Origin: Phoronis australis
Lineage: Eukaryota > Animalia > Phoronida
Length of the DNA: 64,000 bases
NCBI GenBank assembly: GCA_002633005.1
Contig: NMRA01000071.1
Span: 748,449-812,448 of the forward strand
Reading direction: 5' to 3'
Below, one piece after another: positions 49,814 to 63,206 of the stretch. How positions within the stretch are numbered: position 1 is the stretch's first letter; each line of letters begins with the position of its first letter. The notes below the pieces were generated by a model, which was not told the DNA's origin, made no database searches, and worked only from the letters and a program-made list of their open reading frames with translations. A program made the position numbers and the translations under genes.

Positions 49814-52800
49814 TCAGCGGACCTTTTTCTCCAAGATCATCTCAGCCCGCCTCCTGGTGGATGGATATATATACAACATGGCCACCTTCATGAAGCCGGT
49901 AATCATGCCAGGAATATTGGGAAGCTAAAATGGAAACAACAGTATGTCAAAGATATCATTCTTCTTACACAAAAGGATGAATAATCTAGAGAGTTCCAAA
50001 ATCAAATATTCACAAAAAGGTACAAGGCAAAATCAGCAAAGGAGAGCTTACAAGAGAAATAGACAGAAATTAAAGCCTAACTTCAATGGAACTTTGTTAC
50101 TTTAGATATATTAGGCTAACCAGATAGTCCTAGCAAAGCTTTAGTAAAATAAGGAAACGCAAGTTCAATCACCCAAGTGTAAGCCCGTCAAATGATGAAT
50201 GAAGCTGCATTTTCGTGACATGTAGTGTCACCCTGAGATCCCAGCACAAACAACAAAAGGTTGTATTGAATAGGGTACTGAATAGAACAGCATTGCTGTT
50301 TGAATTAAAAGTTGATTCTCGCGGTGACGTACACAAAAGCAAGCCAATACGCCAAACGGTTTGTTACATTTGGAAATTTGTGGCACTAGTGGGTTCAGAG
50401 CAATGCTCTTAACACACTGTAAGAACCAATTTTACATCATGTTACCATTGAAGATAGGCTTTAAAGCAATTAGAGCCTAGCATTCAAAAGTAGACTATTC
50501 ATTAGGTGAATTATATTCACATGACTACACATAATGTTATGGTCTACTGTGCCCTACATAGATAGTCACATTAACCATATGCCTAAAAACATATGATGTT
50601 GTGGTCTACTGTGCCCTGCAGCTATGTTCAAATAGTGGACAGGATGACAGCCTATATCATTAACTATACATGGAAGAATTCAAAGTTTGTTTCTGTAGGT
50701 GATACAGTACTAGGACCTCTAACCCATAAAGCACATAATTTGTAACTTTCACATTAAAATCTCCATTTTGCAAATGAAGACATAAACAATTTCTAATATA
50801 TTAAGGTTTCAATCAAAAGATAGTTTGATACACCTCAAAACAACAGTAAATTTTCAGTTTCAAATCACGTTTAACTAAGAAATTGACATTGAGTAAAAAC
50901 TTAACTCTCCCCACAATTAACATTTGTTGTTTTTTTTTCTGTCAACAGGGATGATTTCCACTCACTGTATCACACCCCAGCAAATCTCGATGTCTTTACT
51001 TGTAAACAGGAGGATATCCGAAGCAATCGCATACTGACCCAATATGTTTAACTTACAAACAGGAATGGGTCGCCCAGCATGTTGCCATAAGTGATCCACA
51101 TTGTGCCACACAGCAGGGTGCCAGCCAGTATCTCCACAGAGATGTTCTCTGAACTCCGCCTGCTGACACAGTCCATCTGGAAATAGACAGTTCTGTCAGT
51201 ACTACCATACAACAATTGCATATCATCAGTGTGTGTGTGTTAAGGTTTTCACAAGTGTGGTACAGCCCACAAGTACTATGAAGTGCCTCGCACAAAAATT
51301 GGCAATTGAAGGTAATGTCACACAAGCATGTTCACCTTACATTGTGTCCAGGTGATACAAGAACATTCACATTACAATACGTCCTGGTGACACAAGAACA
51401 TTCACATTACAATATGTCCAGGTGACACAAGCACGTTCACATTACATTGTGTCCAGGTGACACAAGCACTTCACATTATGTGTCCAGGTGACACAAGCAC
51501 GTTCACATTACATTGTGTCCAGGTGACACAAGCACTTCACATTATGTATCCAGGTGACACAAGCACATTCACATTACAATATGTGCAGGTGACACAAGTG
51601 CGTTCACATTACAGTGTTTTCAAGTGAGACTCACCACCTCTAGTATAGGGGTACACATAGTCAAAGTACAGGTGACACAAGCCATGAAGCCCAGCTGGGA
51701 GGCGTACTCCTTCATACTATCTGTTGAGCGCACCAGGTAACTATGTAGAAGTGCCAAATAGACAATTACAGCACAGAACAGAAGCAGCGGTCGGAGCTGA
51801 AAAACAAACAAAAAGCATAACAATAGAGGAGGGTAAATAGACAACATTCAGTCGCAAGACAAAGATACTTGGGAAGACAAATGCTGGAACTGTGCCATAT
51901 ACATATATATTACACCAACAAGTCCACCAGTGTATATTATACCCACAAAGCCTGTACAAGTCCACCAGTGTATATTATACCCACAAGGCATGCACATGTC
52001 CACCAGTGTATAAGCTCTGGTCAACTTTTTTCAGAGTTTCCATCTAAAGCACAGGCCACAAGGTTTGTCCGACTGGTCAGCAATGAGTCTAGTGGACTCT
52101 GTCTCTTCTAGACAGGTTCTGCTTAGTTGCCAATGTTGTGGTCACTTGGGTTGGAAATCCAGGACAGGCTGTACATCATCATAACATTCTCTGTGTATTC
52201 AGTGAGTCAACATTTAAAGAAAAAAATGCGCGAGGCATGACAGCAGGTATTTTTTAACGAGGAATATTCAAGAGTCTACAGTGCTTGGAAGTGCCAAACA
52301 TTATCCGACCAATCTCAGTCTGATAATTGTGTAAGTGGTTATCAGGCTCACTTTCAACCGTCGGACGACAATAAGTAGTGACCAGAACTGGACAATAAGT
52401 AGTGACCAGAACTGTACAAGATTGTGACCTTTCATACTCTAGGGGAGCTATATTAACAGCAGACCATTATTTACCTAATGAATGAATAAAGTAAACACCA
52501 TAAGTAATCAGGCAAAATACCAGTCGCCCTTCATGACGAGTCATTCAAGCTGATCACAGGGTGAACTCGGATTGCACTCAGCCGCCATGACAGAGAAGTC
52601 CGGGTCACTTAGTCTGTTTAGTTTTGACATGTATGGTACTAAATGGTATGATCTGTGTTTCAATAATAGTACATTCTGAAAGTAGGTTATTCGATTACGT
52701 TTCAAATGTTATAAATATTCTACATCTACCAACCTTTGAACCAGCTGTATAAATAAAGGCCAGCACATAGACAGAGTTGAGGAGTAGACCAACACTGTTC

Positions 52801-54731
52801 AGGAAGACTAGCGTGTTATTCTTCTCCAAGACACCATAGTAAGCGTAGCACGTACAGCTGTAAGATAAGATTTAGGGTGAATAGGGACACCATAGTAAGC
52901 GTAGCACGTACAGCTGTAAGATAAGATTTAGGGTGAATAGGGACACCATAGTAAGCGTAGCACGTACAGCTGTAAGATAAGATTTAGGGTGAATAGGGAC
53001 ACCATAGTAAGCACGTACAGCTGTAAGGGGGGGCTTAGACTGAAGAGTCTTCGATTTGGTTAAAAAGAACACAACTGATAAACTTGTCATATTTCTATGT
53101 TTAAAAGGCTTATCACATAGTTGAAAATGCTAAAAATTTTACGAAATGTTTGGTAACAATCTACGCCTTAGAGAAACAAGGATTTTTTTCGAAAAATGAC
53201 AAAACCAAATTTCACTTAATATTTTGTCTACCATACTGCGTTCTAAAGTGAAAAAATGGACTCAACATGATAATAGTTAATAATAGTTAATCTATACTTG
53301 AACTCACGATTTAATGGTGACCATTGGACAACAACTTCACCTAAAGAACAACTTGGCTGTACAATGGATACTCATCCCATTCTCAATTTAAACACCTTGC
53401 TCATTAACTCTAATGGAGCTATACGAAACTTGCCAAACTGATAACAACTAAAAGAATCCCAGTTTCCAAAGATTGAAAATGATCTCCATTTTTTGGAAAC
53501 AAGTTACAGTTGTGAAGAAAAGTAAAAGGTCTTTACTCACTTGACGACTGACAAGAGGAAGAACAAATATGGCACCTTGCCAGTGTTTTTGGACTTCAGC
53601 ATCTCCAAGACGGGAGGACTGGAAATACAGGAATACACCAACTATGGGAGGTCTAAATATCACTTTTGAAGATCAGACTTACCACATTATATGACTGTCA
53701 GTTATCAGGCTTACCTCAAAATCCAACTGCCGTCTGTGGTTTGGTAATTGGCCCAACTATGTTGCATACTCAACAGAACTAATGAGAAACTTATAATGTC
53801 AAACATTAAACAAACATTTTAGGTTGTAAATGATCTCATATTTCTTGGCCAATTTTCAAAATTCCAAAAGCTTATTAAGTGTAATTTTCACTTTAGTATT
53901 CACATATGCTGTTTAGAAACTTTCAAAACTAAAAATTAAAAATACTATTGTCACCCCCAATGTGTTTGTAGTGGTCTCATTACCTAGAGACTGATAACAT
54001 CAGGAACCTGGGGTAATTTAATTAACCTCAACATGTCGTGATCTCAGCCAGCAAATTCAGTTCCGGCCATCATGCGAAAACCGGTCAAGTTGCCCAATTT
54101 GAAGAATTATATTTCACATTTGAAGCCGCATTTTTTAAATGTGTATTAGCAGGCATAAAAATGTTTTAAATAATTCAAATTAGACTCTCAAAGTGCAACT
54201 TACCAAATAATATCTCGCAATCCATTTGTTAAAAATCTGCGCAGGCGCAAGACAAAAATAGCAATGTAATTCACTCAGTTTATAACTTGATCAGCGACTA
54301 ATCTTGTGCAGGTACAATTTAAATAAAGACCAGCAAAAATATGTCCTATATCAGGAACCTCTCAACAACTGCACGTGAGGTGCACTCAGCCTGAGGCTCT
54401 CTCAGCTAAATAATGCATTTAGAATTATTATTAATGGGTATCCTTTTTGCATAATTCAATCGAAATCATCTCGTGGAGTCCCCGACCCCCAACAGGTATG
54501 CGACGGATAATCTGTGGAACATCACAGATATGATTTAGATCATAAAGCTTAAGTACTTGTAAGACATTTACAAGTTCAAAGTGCAACAATTATGGATGGC
54601 GAACAATTGACAACCCAAACACAGCAGCCTAAATCAGAAGGGACCAGAAACAAGGTAACCTACATGCCGCACGACATCATGAGTAAAGTCGATATCTGAG
54701 TGAGAACTTCGACAATAGAAAGGATATCCAT
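49814..54731 (-). CDS. SLC50A1: SWEET family sugar transporter (SLC50A1-like), 220 aa, 6 exons
   Basis: Exons 54731-54664, 53618-53541, 52857-52734, 51796-51635, 51176-51057, 49924-49814 (68/78/124/162/120/111 nt, 663 nt). Two MtN3 repeats: KSKNTGKVPYLFFL..YYGVLEKNNTLVFLNSVG and P..RRSSENIS..MWITYGNMLGDPFLFLPNIPG..YIYP; the substrate-site Asn/Trp/Asn residues are present. Confidence 0.93.
51315..51615. repeat. ~30-33-bp minisatellite, about 9 copies
   Basis: GTCCAGGTGACACAAGCACGTTCACATTACATTGT-type units in SWEET intron 4. Confidence 0.93.
52830..53027. repeat. 56-bp tandem repeat x3.5 duplicating the acceptor and 5' end of SWEET exon 3
   Basis: GACACCATAGTAAGCGTAGCACGTACAGCTGTAAGATAAGATTTAGGGTGAATAGG at 52830, 52886, 52942 and 52998 (partial). 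Confidence 0.95.
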
Positions 54732-55300
54732 TCTGACACGTCTAGTCCCCGAGTTAGTTGTAGAACACCGATTTAAATGACCGAACGATGTCAGAGTAAA
54801 ACTTCGCCTCCTCAGCTTCTCATTGACCTGTTGACCCCGGAGTTGTTGAGTGGAGTGCTCTAAAAACAAATTGTTGGAGAAGGAGTCGTAAAATCATGCG
54901 ACAGGTGGTTGGACGGAAAACAAACGTCATTGTACACACAATGATATAGTACATAATGCATTTTGACGTTGCAAGTTGAATTGAATCACGCTACTTTGAG
55001 GGCAAAAGGAATAAACAAATCAATTTATTTGCATAATTTATTTCACCGGAAGTTTTTGACGACAAACACGACTTGGTTGCGGCAATTATAAGCAGTCTGC
55101 ATGAGCGGTTTGATTCGTTTTTGAAGTAAGTGAAATTTGGCAGAACTGTTGTAATTTGACCGAATTTGGACCCATTGTGTTGAGCGCGTGACTATTCGTT
55201 ATAAATTTCAATGAAAATCTACTGAAAGTGAAAGTGTAAATGCTGAGTAATTCGAAACAAGCGTACCGTCATGGAAAATGGATTGATTATCACAGTGCTC

Positions 55301-56229
55301 TACGCAATGACCATCGCCTCTGTTGGCCCGAACCAGAGGCGATGCAGAGGCTATAGGCGCTCTGTACGCCGGAAGCTTTTCGGCGAATTATGCCTCGCAC
55401 CGACTAAACCATCAAAGTCACGTTGTTATAAATACCTTTTGCGCATAGAGGAACACCTTAGGAGGTTGTCGATGTGTTTAATTCCTTCCAACTCGAACAA
55501 ATACTCCCGTTATGAAACTTTTTCTTCGAGCAGTCCCTATTTCAGTTCCCAAAATCGTGAAATCAACATTTTCATTTTTTTAACCAGGCCGAAGGTCAGA
55601 AGTTGCGGACCTACCGGCGAACTTTGAAAGCTGAAGTTCCCGCCCTTCGCTTACGTGTTGCCGGGAACCAGCCGTGCATTTGCTGTGTTGTTAAACATTA
55701 AAATGTCAAATTTGTGCACAAAGACTATTAAATGTCATATCAACAGCATTTATTTTTATCAAATACAAACAATAATTCATTGAAATACAATCAGTTTCAA
55801 GTAACGCCAATTAAAGACAAGTATAAGTGGTGGCATTTTGGAAACGAACATTTGACTGACGAGACCGCAATGGCTCACCCTTGGCCTATTTAAAGATTGA
55901 GGTCATGAAGTCACATCACGTAGCGAGCGCGGTAAAAATTGGAGCGTGCGCAGTATAAAAATGTTGAGTTCACGATTTTGGGAAGTGAAATAGGGACTGC
56001 TCGAAGAAAAAGTTTGATAATGGGAGTATTTGTTCGAGTTGGAAGGAATTAAACATCTCGACAACCTCCTCGGGTGTTCCTCTATGCGCAAAAGGTATTT
56101 ATAACAACGTGACTCTGATGGTTTAGTCGGTGCGAGACATAATTCGCCGAAAAGCTTCCGGCGTACAGAGCGCCTATAGCCTCTGCATCGCCTCTGGTTC
56201 GGGCCAACAGAGGCGATGGTCATTGCCTA
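55301..56229. mobile_element. Foldback-type non-autonomous DNA transposon, ~275-bp TIRs (AcademH-like)
   Basis: 55301-55575 is a close reverse complement of about 55955-56229; ends TACGCAATG / CATTGCCTA; flanking direct repeat AGTGCTC(TAC); each arm has the hairpin ATCGCCTCTG..CAGAGGCGAT. Confidence 0.85.
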
Positions 56230-56312
56230 AGTGCTCTACTGCCTGGCTGGTGGCTACGCTCTCCCTAGCATTCCCACTGTCACTGGCACTGGAACTGTCC
56301 TGTCACTGTTTG

Positions 56313-57122
56313 AAATTTTGGTAATTGTTTACAATATGACGACAATGACTTACGAAGTAGACATATGATTTTGGTATCGTTCGATTCCTCGCACCGTCAT
56401 CTTTCCAAGAATATATGAATTGATCCCCTACCGCGTTTCCTCCATATTTTATCTTCGAATTTCAGTTGGCACTATTTCCCAGTGGACACCGCCATGTTGG
56501 CTCAACTCAAGATTACAGCGACACCTACTGTTAATGAATGAAACAGCATCATTGATTCTGAATGGTGTTTGCCTGCACGAGATTCCCGCTAAAGTTTTCC
56601 TGACATAATATTGATAAACAAGTAGAAGCATTTTACCTTTTCCATTTTCTTAGAATTGTGACCATTTGACCATTTTTCCACGAAATTGTGTGAAGTGATA
56701 CTCTTTTCACAAATTTGGACCTCAAAAACAACCTCCGCTGTTTTGGCGGATTCTTGCTAGCAGATGCGTATATCAGCTAGGGTCACCATAGGATCGAATT
56801 CGAATCCTTGGTTCCATAACTCGGGCAGGGGATTGACGGCTCTCGGTCAATTTGAACTTATGAAAAGTGACGATTTGCAAGTCGGTAGATTAGTTCAGTT
56901 TTTGACCGACAGGTGACTCCTTCCATTCAACATGACGGTATTACTACCACTGTCGCGTACCAGGAAATAGTCCTAGAAGAAATTTCACAATAAAATACTA
57001 AGGGAACGGGGTAGGAGAAATTTCTGTGTATATTTGGAAAGATAACATTGCGAGGAATCGAACGATACCAAAATCATATGTCTAAGTCATTGTCGTCATA
57101 TTGTAAACAATTACCGAAATTT
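56313..57122. mobile_element. MITE-like element with ~75-bp inverted repeats
   Basis: GGTAATTGTTTACAATATGACGACAATGACTTA..GACATATGATTTTGGTATCGTTCGATTCCTCGCA and its reverse complement at 57049-57122; true ends not resolved. Confidence 0.75.
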
Positions 57123-57291
57123 TCCTGACACCGAAACTTGAACCTTGGACAATGTTCTGATTGGAAGGCATTACTTAGAAAAGTATCCGTATCGACAGAT
57201 GAAGAATTTGGACATTTTTGTTTGTGCTTGCTGTGTGAGAACAGCTGGGGAGCTTTGGCATTGCTTGGAATGTTCTAAAATTCTAAAAAAC

Positions 57292-57356
57292 CCTCGACCC
57301 CCTCTATCCTCGACCCCCTCTATCCACGACCCCCTCTATCCTCGACCCCCTTGACC
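57292..57356. repeat. ~16-bp C-rich tandem repeat x4
   Basis: CCTCGACCCCCTCTAT units. Confidence 0.85.
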
Positions 57357-58061
57357 CACGTCTCACAATCTCCCCAGCCCATGGCAGTTCACAAGCAAGC
57401 TTGACTCTATTGGAATATAGAACAAGTGCTGACTTGTAGGACCAATTTACAAGTCTGGCCATGATCTTGGCTGGCTTTTCCTTATTGTCTGCAATTCAGA
57501 GATTCTATGCAACAAGTTTAAAAGCCAAAAAATAGGGAAAAAATGCAACCAAAGCAACTTTATTAATCGCCTTCTTCCCGGCAGAGTGTAATCATCTCGT
57601 TTGCTCTTCAGTGAAATGTCATTCAAGCTATTTTTGGGAGAATACGAGAAAGCCATGAATTTGAATTTTTTTCGCTAAATACTGTTTGAAAAAACAACCT
57701 GTTAACTAAAGTAGCATCTCAAAGTTACGTGTAGTATATTGTAAATTATTATGCGACGGAAAGCATAGTAAAAATGCGAAATTATGTGTATACATGTTAA
57801 CGTACTCTTTCCGAAGTTTAGTAGAGGGTCATTGGTAGCCTGCCTGATACTGAACTGTTTGGAGCCGATGGTCAAAATACAGCTAGGTTGTGAGTTGAAA
57901 AGCTTGGTTAGACCCCGAAAATTCACACATGCAACCCAGGTAGTTGTGCTTGTCACCTCGCCGTGAAACTTAAATTGACATACATTAAATCTAATAAATG
58001 GTGGGGGTGCATGCAAAATCTGGGAGTCAGCCATCACCTTGTTCCTTGTAGCTGAGTTTAA

Positions 58062-59614
58062 AGGAGCATGCCACCCAAAAACAACCTAATTTGTAGGAAT
58101 TTAGATCGACTAGTTCTACTCGATACTGCACGTACAGTTGCGTTACCTGACACCTGACGGCAGCCAGAGGTGTTGAAATTATCCAATGACATAATTGTTT
58201 TCACTCGCAGTCTGTTCAGCAGTTCACAACACGGGTTACTGGTGTCACCTTATCGCTTGAATTCATCGTTTAACAGCAATAAATCATCAAACTTCGATTT
58301 TAAACCCTTAAAAATACACCAAGTTCTTATAAAAACGTGTTGCTTACGGATTTATTGGTATTTACGGTAGCCTACAAAGTTCGGCAGGCCAATAAGGTCC
58401 GTAGCAGGAGTTTGGGGTCTGTTCGGAGATAAATTTGGAGTATTTTCCTGTGAGGTACAGACAGGAGAAGCTAGATCTGTATTGTTTAGACTGGTGATTT
58501 TTTGAGTTCTAAACACACAAAACGCTTGTTATCCTGGCCAGTGGCTCAGAGCCCGATCAGGCCCGTCGCGGCCGGACTGACTCATTATCCCAGCCAGCGA
58601 CTCCGGCGGAAACCGATCAGGCCCGTCGCGGCCAGACTGAAAACATCACAAACGTAAACCAGCCAAAGTTGGCAACTAAACTTCCAGTCAAGTAAATACT
58701 ATACTAGTGAGCCGAAGAAGTAATGTGCACGTGATTATGTTGGTGAATTATCCACCAAACTGAAAATCTACTTACTTGTTGAGGGCCGCGAATTCAGATT
58801 CTGCTTTGGCCACAGAACCGCAGGGCAGAAGTTGTACATTGACAATCATTATTTGAATAATGTAAATGTGAATAAAGATTCCCCAACACCTGGCCGTGGG
58901 ATAGAAAATCGAGTTGTTTCACAACAGTTTCTGTCAACAAACACTGAATTAGCATGCGCTCACACGGCCTCGGTGTCCCGTCAATTAGTTTTATTGCAGC
59001 TAAAGCCGGTAACTCAGTGATTTATTCATTGCTGGCTTCTCAAATCATTTGCACTCATGAGCACTCCAAAGGCATTACAAATTGCATTTAATGAGACAGA
59101 CTTTGTTTCAGTTTTGTATAAGTATTGGTTATGATGAAAATAATTTATTTTGAAACAGAACTCTCTGTAATAAACGTCAACATGGCAACTCGCAATCCCG
59201 ACTTTGACGAGAGCTCAACTTTGGTACGGCAGCATTCGTCAGCAGGCATTGTCGACGACTGCAGGCCACACGCGGAGATGTTTCACGGTCTCGTACTTGC
59301 TATTTACAGCGTACTTTTCATTCTTCACTACCGCGAGCCACTTCCTAAGCATTTCGAACTCTCGAAGAAGTCGAAAAAACGATATACCCACTTTCCTCGC
59401 AGCTGCATAGTTTGGAAAAGCGGGAATGATGCACCGGAACATAACAGCATTCACTCTGCAAATGAACCACTGATGTCGCTGCATCGTTTCTCACCTTCCT
59501 AACAGGTTAACGCGACACCTCGGCAAGGTAAGGTCGACCGTATGCGAGGCGATGTGCATATAGACTGATTGAGACGGCAAAAAAGAGTCTAATTGAATCG
59601 GGTGGCATTCTCCT
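58062..59614 (-). mobile_element. Second Kolobok family element with a degenerate THAP remnant
   Basis: TTAA at 58058-58061 and 59615-59618; 15-bp TIR AGGAGCATGCCACCC / GGGTGGCATTCTCCT (1 mismatch); minus strand 59442-59265 reads MFRCIIPAFPN..GISFFRL..RKWLAVVKN..VN..LRVW, alignable by eye to the THAP of the first family. Confidence 0.8.
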
Positions 59615-60283
59615 TTAAGTGAAACACAATCTTGTGAGTGTCCTTTTCTTGCATTATTCTCCGCCTTCTTGCAAGAAAGAAAAATCTTTCATCATTTTCA
59701 AAACAGTACGCTTGTGACACATGTACACCATCTCTCGCAACAGCTTTGCAGCAGCAAAATTTGTTCAGTTCCTGTGATTTGTTGTCACATTTATGCAACC
59801 TCGTGGAAGAGATAAACAGTAGATTGAAGAATTGGGGGGAAAAGAAACTGACCAATAAGTGACGCAATATTTCATGGCGGCAAAAGCCAACACAAAAGAT
59901 GACATCACAATTTTAGCAGCCCAATAATGATAGAACGTCCATTTTTCCAACACCCGCAAATAATTTTGTTCACTCAAGGAACAGTGTAGCTTGTGTCAGA
60001 TTTTCATTGGTCATTTTTTACCCCCGGTTTTTTGGACACATATTTTGTGTTAACTGGACCACAGTTGTCTTTGATACACGACCACTAGCAGTGTACTATT
60101 GTACTCATATTAGGGAGGATCTTTCTGGCTCCTTACCCTGCCGTCTTCCCAATCCTAATACATTCCATTGTTGTTAAATTACTGAACGAGCTCGCTAGTG
60201 GCTCAGAACTATCAAGAGTAAGCTGTTGTACTGTGGAGCAACTTGCGTTACAATTCATCTCCTTTTTTAGAAGCTTTATTGCG

Positions 60284-61573
60284 ATGTCTGTCAACTATGC
60301 TGATGGCTTGTCAGAGTATGAGCATAAGGGGAAGTGTGGAATGGTAGAAACCTTTGACAGCACTGCTGACATGTGTTGGAAAGTGGAACAACTAGCTGAC
60401 CTGGTCAGGTCTAGTAAACACATGGTGGTCTACACCGGGGCAGGCATCAGCACCTCAGCGGGCATACCTGATTTCAGGGGACCTAAAGGTAGGGAGAGTC
60501 GTGACTGTTTGACTCATGTTATACAACATATTAAATGTAAAGCATACCTTTTTAACAATATTATTAATCTGCTCTGTTTTGTGGGTTGAAAATGAAAATC
60601 GAATTGGCTTTTTACTTTTATAAAATCAGTCTCGTGGTATTTCTTACTATGATAGCATTCTATTCCTGTAAACCATCAGCAACTCAAGAATGTTTCAAGC
60701 TTTACTAGTTATTACTAGTTACTACTAGTTATTACTATTTATTTCTAGTTACTACTAGTTATTACTAGTATTTAGTTGACATTGACTATTTTAGCAAATG
60801 GTTTTCATGATAAACAGCTCATAATATGACTCTATTAATATGATTTTTACAGAGTAGTTTTCAAAAATTTGATGAATTTGTCGAGGTATGGTAGTATTCC
60901 AGGGAAAAACAGATAAAATGACCATAGCTTAAATAATTTGAATATTATCCAGAAAATTTTGCACCTGAAATTTATTGATTTTGAACAAGAAACCTGATAC
61001 TTGTTTTCCATATCTCCATGACTCAGTTGGCATGTCTTCGAGAACTGTCAGATATCTTATGATCGAAAGGTTTTCTTGTCGTAGACTTAAATTGAAAAGG
61101 TCTAAGAATTGGCAAAGTGAAAGTGACATGCAGTGACAGGAATTTTGTACTTGACAAGGAGACTGGTCAAGAAATAGAGGTGATCATGTACATTATAATG
61201 AGCAGTGGCTTGCATTGAATGTTCACTCATGTGTTCACATGATTCGGGGTTTGTTCTGTCTGCCAGCAGATGTGTTCGTACCACTCACTCATGGATGTTC
61301 AATGTGCCAACATGTTTGTGAACATTGTATATTCAATGTGCCAACAGATGTGTTCGTACCATTCAGTGATGTATGTTCAATGTGCCAACATGTGTGTGAA
61401 CATTGTATATTCAATGTGCCAGCAGATGTGTTCGTACCATTCAGTGATGTATGTTCAATGTGCAGGTGTTTGGACATTGGAAAAGAAGGGTGAGAAGCCC
61501 GAGACGACGGTGACCTTTGACACAGCCAAGGCCACCACTACTCACATGGCATTGGTCGCCTTGGAACAAGCGG
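60284..61573 (+). CDS. SIRT6: NAD-dependent deacylase sirtuin-6, first two coding exons (gene continues downstream)
   Basis: 60284-60488 [40 protein letters not shown]; 61466-61573 [30 protein letters not shown]. The MSVNYA N-terminus is diagnostic of SIRT6. Confidence 0.96.
61261..61465. repeat. 78-bp tandem repeat x2.6 ending at the SIRT6 acceptor
   Basis: TGCCARCAGATGTGTTCGTACCA.. at 61261, 61339 and 61417; the last unit ends in TGTGCAG|. Confidence 0.9.
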
Positions 61574-62082
61574 GTAAGTAACACAGCTTACACAAATTCA
61601 TCAGGTTGTTACATCAGAGTTAAACTTGTACTTTCTGTTAAGGAACAAGTTTCGATTACTGTTATGATATTGGCCTCAAATAGTTCCATTTAGTAAAACT
61701 AGGTGTGGTTTCTGGGCTTCTAAAGGACTGACAGTTTATTATTGGTTTGGATCAAACTCATCAAATTTCAAATCCTACCGCGACCTCAGATTTGATGAAC
61801 TTAGTGTGGAAATTAGTACCAAACTGTCATTTTGAGACCAGAGATGACTTTTAAACTGCAAAAAACATGACAAGACTTATAACATTGAGTGGCCAATATC
61901 AAGACTTGGCTTGTTGATAAAACAGCACTGGATTAATGGTGCTTTAAATGACCCACAAGTGTTCCCTATGATGTTTATAAAATTGCCACTAACTTAATTT
62001 GTACTTTTGACGTGTTGCCTTGTGGGCTGACTGTTAGTAGTTTAGTTTGTATTTAGAGGTGCTAAATCAAGGTACCTAAACT

Positions 62083-62385
62083 ACACGGTCAACGGACTCA
62101 TAAACACGGGGCACGAACGCATGAACACGACTCACAGACCTGCAAACACTGTCCCCTGACTCACAAACATGGAAACTAACTCACAAAACACGATCCACGC
62201 ACCCAAATACACGGGACACGGACTCATATTCAAGAGGAAACACGGTTAACGGACCGTCAAACATGGGTCATGGACTCATCGGCTTCCTGGGTCAGCTGAC
62301 ATCTTCATTTTGTCCGTGACCCGTGTTTGACGGTCCATTAACCGTGTTTCCCCGTGAATATGAGTCTGTGTCCCTTGTGTTTGCT
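62083..62385. repeat. CACGG/GACTCA-rich element with a ~60-bp inverted repeat
   Basis: 62214-62277 is an imperfect reverse complement of 62312-62373; upstream ACACGG..ACTCA submotifs. Confidence 0.7.
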
Positions 62386-62595
62386 ATGTAATTTATCGTG
62401 TGGGTTTTATTGTTTTGGTATTGCCTAATTATTTTACTGATTATCTGTTGAGTGTTGGAAACATGATTTCACCTGACTGTTGCCACACAAGTCCATCTTC
62501 TATGAAAAATGATGTTTTATTTAGACCACTTACCGTCAAATGAAACTGGTTTCCACTTATTGGTTACTCTCAGGATGAATAGTTCGTGGGTTTAA

Positions 62596-63206
62596 GGTTA
62601 TCTCCAACCTGATTTAGTGGCCTCCATTCTATCTTGTATATCAAAAAAACTAAGCTTTGTCGACTAGTAAAAGTATATATTTTCTGAAAGAACAAAGACC
62701 AGGAAATAAAAATATTCTTTTTATATTATGTTCCATTATTATTTTTACGTAAAAACCTTTTTTAAGTCAAAATTTCATTTTATGAAAGATACATACATAG
62801 CAAAATAACCTCTCGGTCGATTTTAACGAAACCTTTTTTAAATGAAAACTTCACCTAACACTGTTAAGAATTTTGTATTTGAGTCTGTTTGGTTTCTACG
62901 ACAAATCAACTCGCAAAACATAAGGTATTTTTGTAAAAAATTGAAGTTGTATTCGTCTTTTGTCACATTACGCAAAAACTAGGCCATTATGTCAAATATC
63001 CTAACAGCGTTTTTGAGATTGATGACTAAACATTAACTTAGGAAAGTTTCAGCGAAATCCATCGAGCCGTTTTTGAGAACTATTCCTAAGTTCAAATAAA
63101 GTCAATTTGCCGAAGCAGAGAAAAAGCTGATTAAACTGGGACAAGTGAAAATTTCAAAGATCTCGGTTAATTATTCGATGAAAACTTTTTTTCGGTAGAC
63201 GTAACC
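62596..63206. mobile_element. Possible old Kolobok-type non-autonomous element in a SIRT6 intron
   Basis: TTAA-GGTTA..TC.A.C at the left and G.TAGAC.TAACC-TTAA at the right; TIR degenerate. Confidence 0.5.

Noticed and set aside
55271-56223. Pair of similar convergent ORFs (118 and 106 aa)
   Set aside because: They are the two TIR arms of one transposon and show no recognisable domain.
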